Shown here one piece after another: positions 31,139 to 32,616 of a stretch of DNA of 32,616 nucleotides. Positions within the stretch are counted from its first letter, which is position 1, and each line of letters begins with the position of its first letter. Below the pieces are notes generated by a model that did no database searches, had not been told where the DNA came from, and saw only the letters and a program-made list of their open reading frames with translations. The stretch is from positions 1 to 32,616 of the forward strand of contig JAUVXW010000044.1 in NCBI GenBank assembly GCA_030603385.1. Reading direction: 5' to 3'. Position numbers and translations under genes: made by a program. The stretch comes from Promethearchaeota archaeon (GTDB lineage Archaea > Asgardarchaeota > Lokiarchaeia > Sigyniarchaeales > SOKP01).

Positions 31139-31295
31139 AATGGTTCCTTTTTAATGAATTAATGAATTAAAGAATTAAAAAATTAAAATAGAATGAAAAT
31201 ATAAATATTTAGAATTAAATAAAATTTTTGGTTTACTATTTAAAACCTAATGTATTTTATTTTAACTATAAATTAAATCGACGGTATAAACTTAA

Positions 31296-31937
31296 ATGAA
31301 ATTGAACGAAGATTTCAACTTCAATATCAAGAAAAGACGTCCAGAGGAAGAATATGAAAATGTCTCAGATTATTTTAGAGGGGACGTTCTAACACAGTAT
31401 GCAAACTCTAAAAGCATCATGAGAATTCAAGAGAAAATTACTTTAAGAGCCTTGGAATTAATAGATATCAAAAAAAAAGATGCTTTAATTTTAGACGCGG
31501 GTTGCGGTCCCGGCTTTGCCGCAATGTATTTAAAAGAGATAGGACATAGCGTAGTAGCCCTCGATATAATTTTAGAATTCTTAAATGTATATGAAATTAA
31601 AGATTTAAATCCAATTAATGCAGACATGTGTTTTCCCCCTTTTAAGCCTAGCACTTTTGATGCAATAATTTCTATTTCGGCATTACAATGGATTTTTAGA
31701 GACATAAATAACAGAATAATGCATTTAATGTTAGAAAACCTGTCTAAATCCTTTTTTAAAATTCTAAAACCGAAGGGAAGAGTTATAATACAATTTTACC
31801 CAAAGAATAAAGATTTAATGAAGAGAATTGGTAAAATAATTGCGGATACTACAGATTTTAAAGGGAATTTCATAATTGATAACCCAAATAGGCAAAAGAA
31901 GCGAAAAATCTTTCTTTTATTAAGTAAGGAATCGTAA
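31296..31937 (+). CDS. Class I SAM methyltransferase, Bud23/WBSCR22-like (SSU rRNA m7G)
   Basis: RPEE...Y....IQEKITLRALEL, ILDAGCGPG, FDAIISISALQW, QFYPKN, IIDNP...KRKIFLLL follow the Bud23 motif order. Confidence 0.82.
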   Translation: MKLNEDFNFNIKKRRPEEEYENVSDYFRGDVLTQYANSKSIMRIQEKITLRALELIDIKKKDALILDAGCGPGFAAMYLKEIGHSVVALDIILEFLNVYEIKDLNPINADMCFPPFKPSTFDAIISISALQWIFRDINNRIMHLMLENLSKSFFKILKPKGRVIIQFYPKNKDLMKRIGKIIADTTDFKGNFIIDNPNRQKKRKIFLLLSKES

Positions 31938-32081
31938 TTTAGAGATTTAGTGATATAAAAACGGGTGATTCTGAATTTACTCTTATATTAGATTTTATCA
32001 TAATACATAATGTTTTATTTATCTTTTGTTATAATATCTTTAAAAATTTATAACAAAATTTCAATTCAAATAGATGATTTA

Positions 32082-32616
32082 ATGAAAATACGAAATAAAT
32101 ACAAGAATCGAATAAAAAAAGTATCATTACTACTAACAATTGTGCTAACGATCCTTTTTCCAGCATATTTGATGAATTTTTCTAATTTTACAGGATTTTC
32201 AAAGAATACTAGTGAAGATAACAACAAAGACAATGATTTTAGTAATCCAAGGGATTTAAAATTAAGCGTCTTTGGTTCTGCGCCTTGGTGGGATAACTCA
32301 TTTGAATATCGAATATTGATCAATGTTTCAAATACATATGGAAACGATTTTACAAATTATGGGGTAGACTTTTCGTTTAATTATGAGGAGTTAGTCCAAA
32401 CTGGAAAAATGCAAGCTAATTTGGATGATGTTAGGATTGTAGAAAATGGAGTCATGCGAAATTATTATATTGTAAAAGATTACCCTTCGCAGGACTATGC
32501 TACAGTATTTTTTGACACAGATATTTTAGCAAGTACAACAGAAACCGATACCTATATGTATTTTGGCAATGATATTGCCGCAAATGCTGAGGCAAATCAA
32601 CCTAATGAGAGTTTTG
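32082..32616 (+). CDS. Secreted/surface protein with DUF2341-like domain, 3' end runs off the window
   Basis: Not in the ORF track. MKIRNKYKNRIKKVSLLLTIVLTILFPAYL signal/anchor, then WWDNSFEYRILI, DDVRIV, YMYFGN motifs. Frame open to the window end. Confidence 0.8.
   Translation, partial: MKIRNKYKNRIKKVSLLLTIVLTILFPAYLMNFSNFTGFSKNTSEDNNKDNDFSNPRDLKLSVFGSAPWWDNSFEYRILINVSNTYGNDFTNYGVDFSFNYEELVQTGKMQANLDDVRIVENGVMRNYYIVKDYPSQDYATVFFDTDILASTTETDTYMYFGNDIAANAEANQPNESF

Overview
AT-rich archaeal chromosomal window whose gene content (archaeal histone, Rab- and Arf/Rag-like GTPases, eS25, Bud23-like methyltransferase, TrmB, SAMP/MoaD, intron-containing tRNA-Ser, GGTGA/GGAGG ribosome-binding sites) points to an Asgard archaeon, probably Lokiarchaeia (inference). 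Most of it is housekeeping or metabolic: serS, cofC-like, HIT, HAD, thpR, 2-hydroxyacid dehydrogenase, GH2 beta-galactosidase, ADP-forming acyl-CoA synthetase alpha subunit, GPH-type MFS transporter, class III aminotransferase and a metallophosphoesterase. Two things stand out. (1) The histone gene (7456-7718) is split by a 32-nt hairpin containing an in-frame stop. Cutting it by bulge-helix-bulge (tRNA-splicing endonuclease) geometry exactly restores a tailed 76-aa histone, making it a candidate mRNA intron in an Asgard histone gene. (2) A ~2.3-kb insert encodes a 656-aa TFIIB-cyclin-like / tandem HNH / winged-HTH protein. It landed in the 5' end of a gene and carries a synonymously recoded replacement of that 5' end, as expected of a free-standing homing-endonuclease-like element. 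Smaller observations: an M1 peptidase with YEXXH instead of HEXXH, probable non-canonical start codons, a frameshifted MFS gene and an uncalled 52-aa zinc-finger ORF. All family assignments come from motif recognition by eye; no database search or folding program was run.
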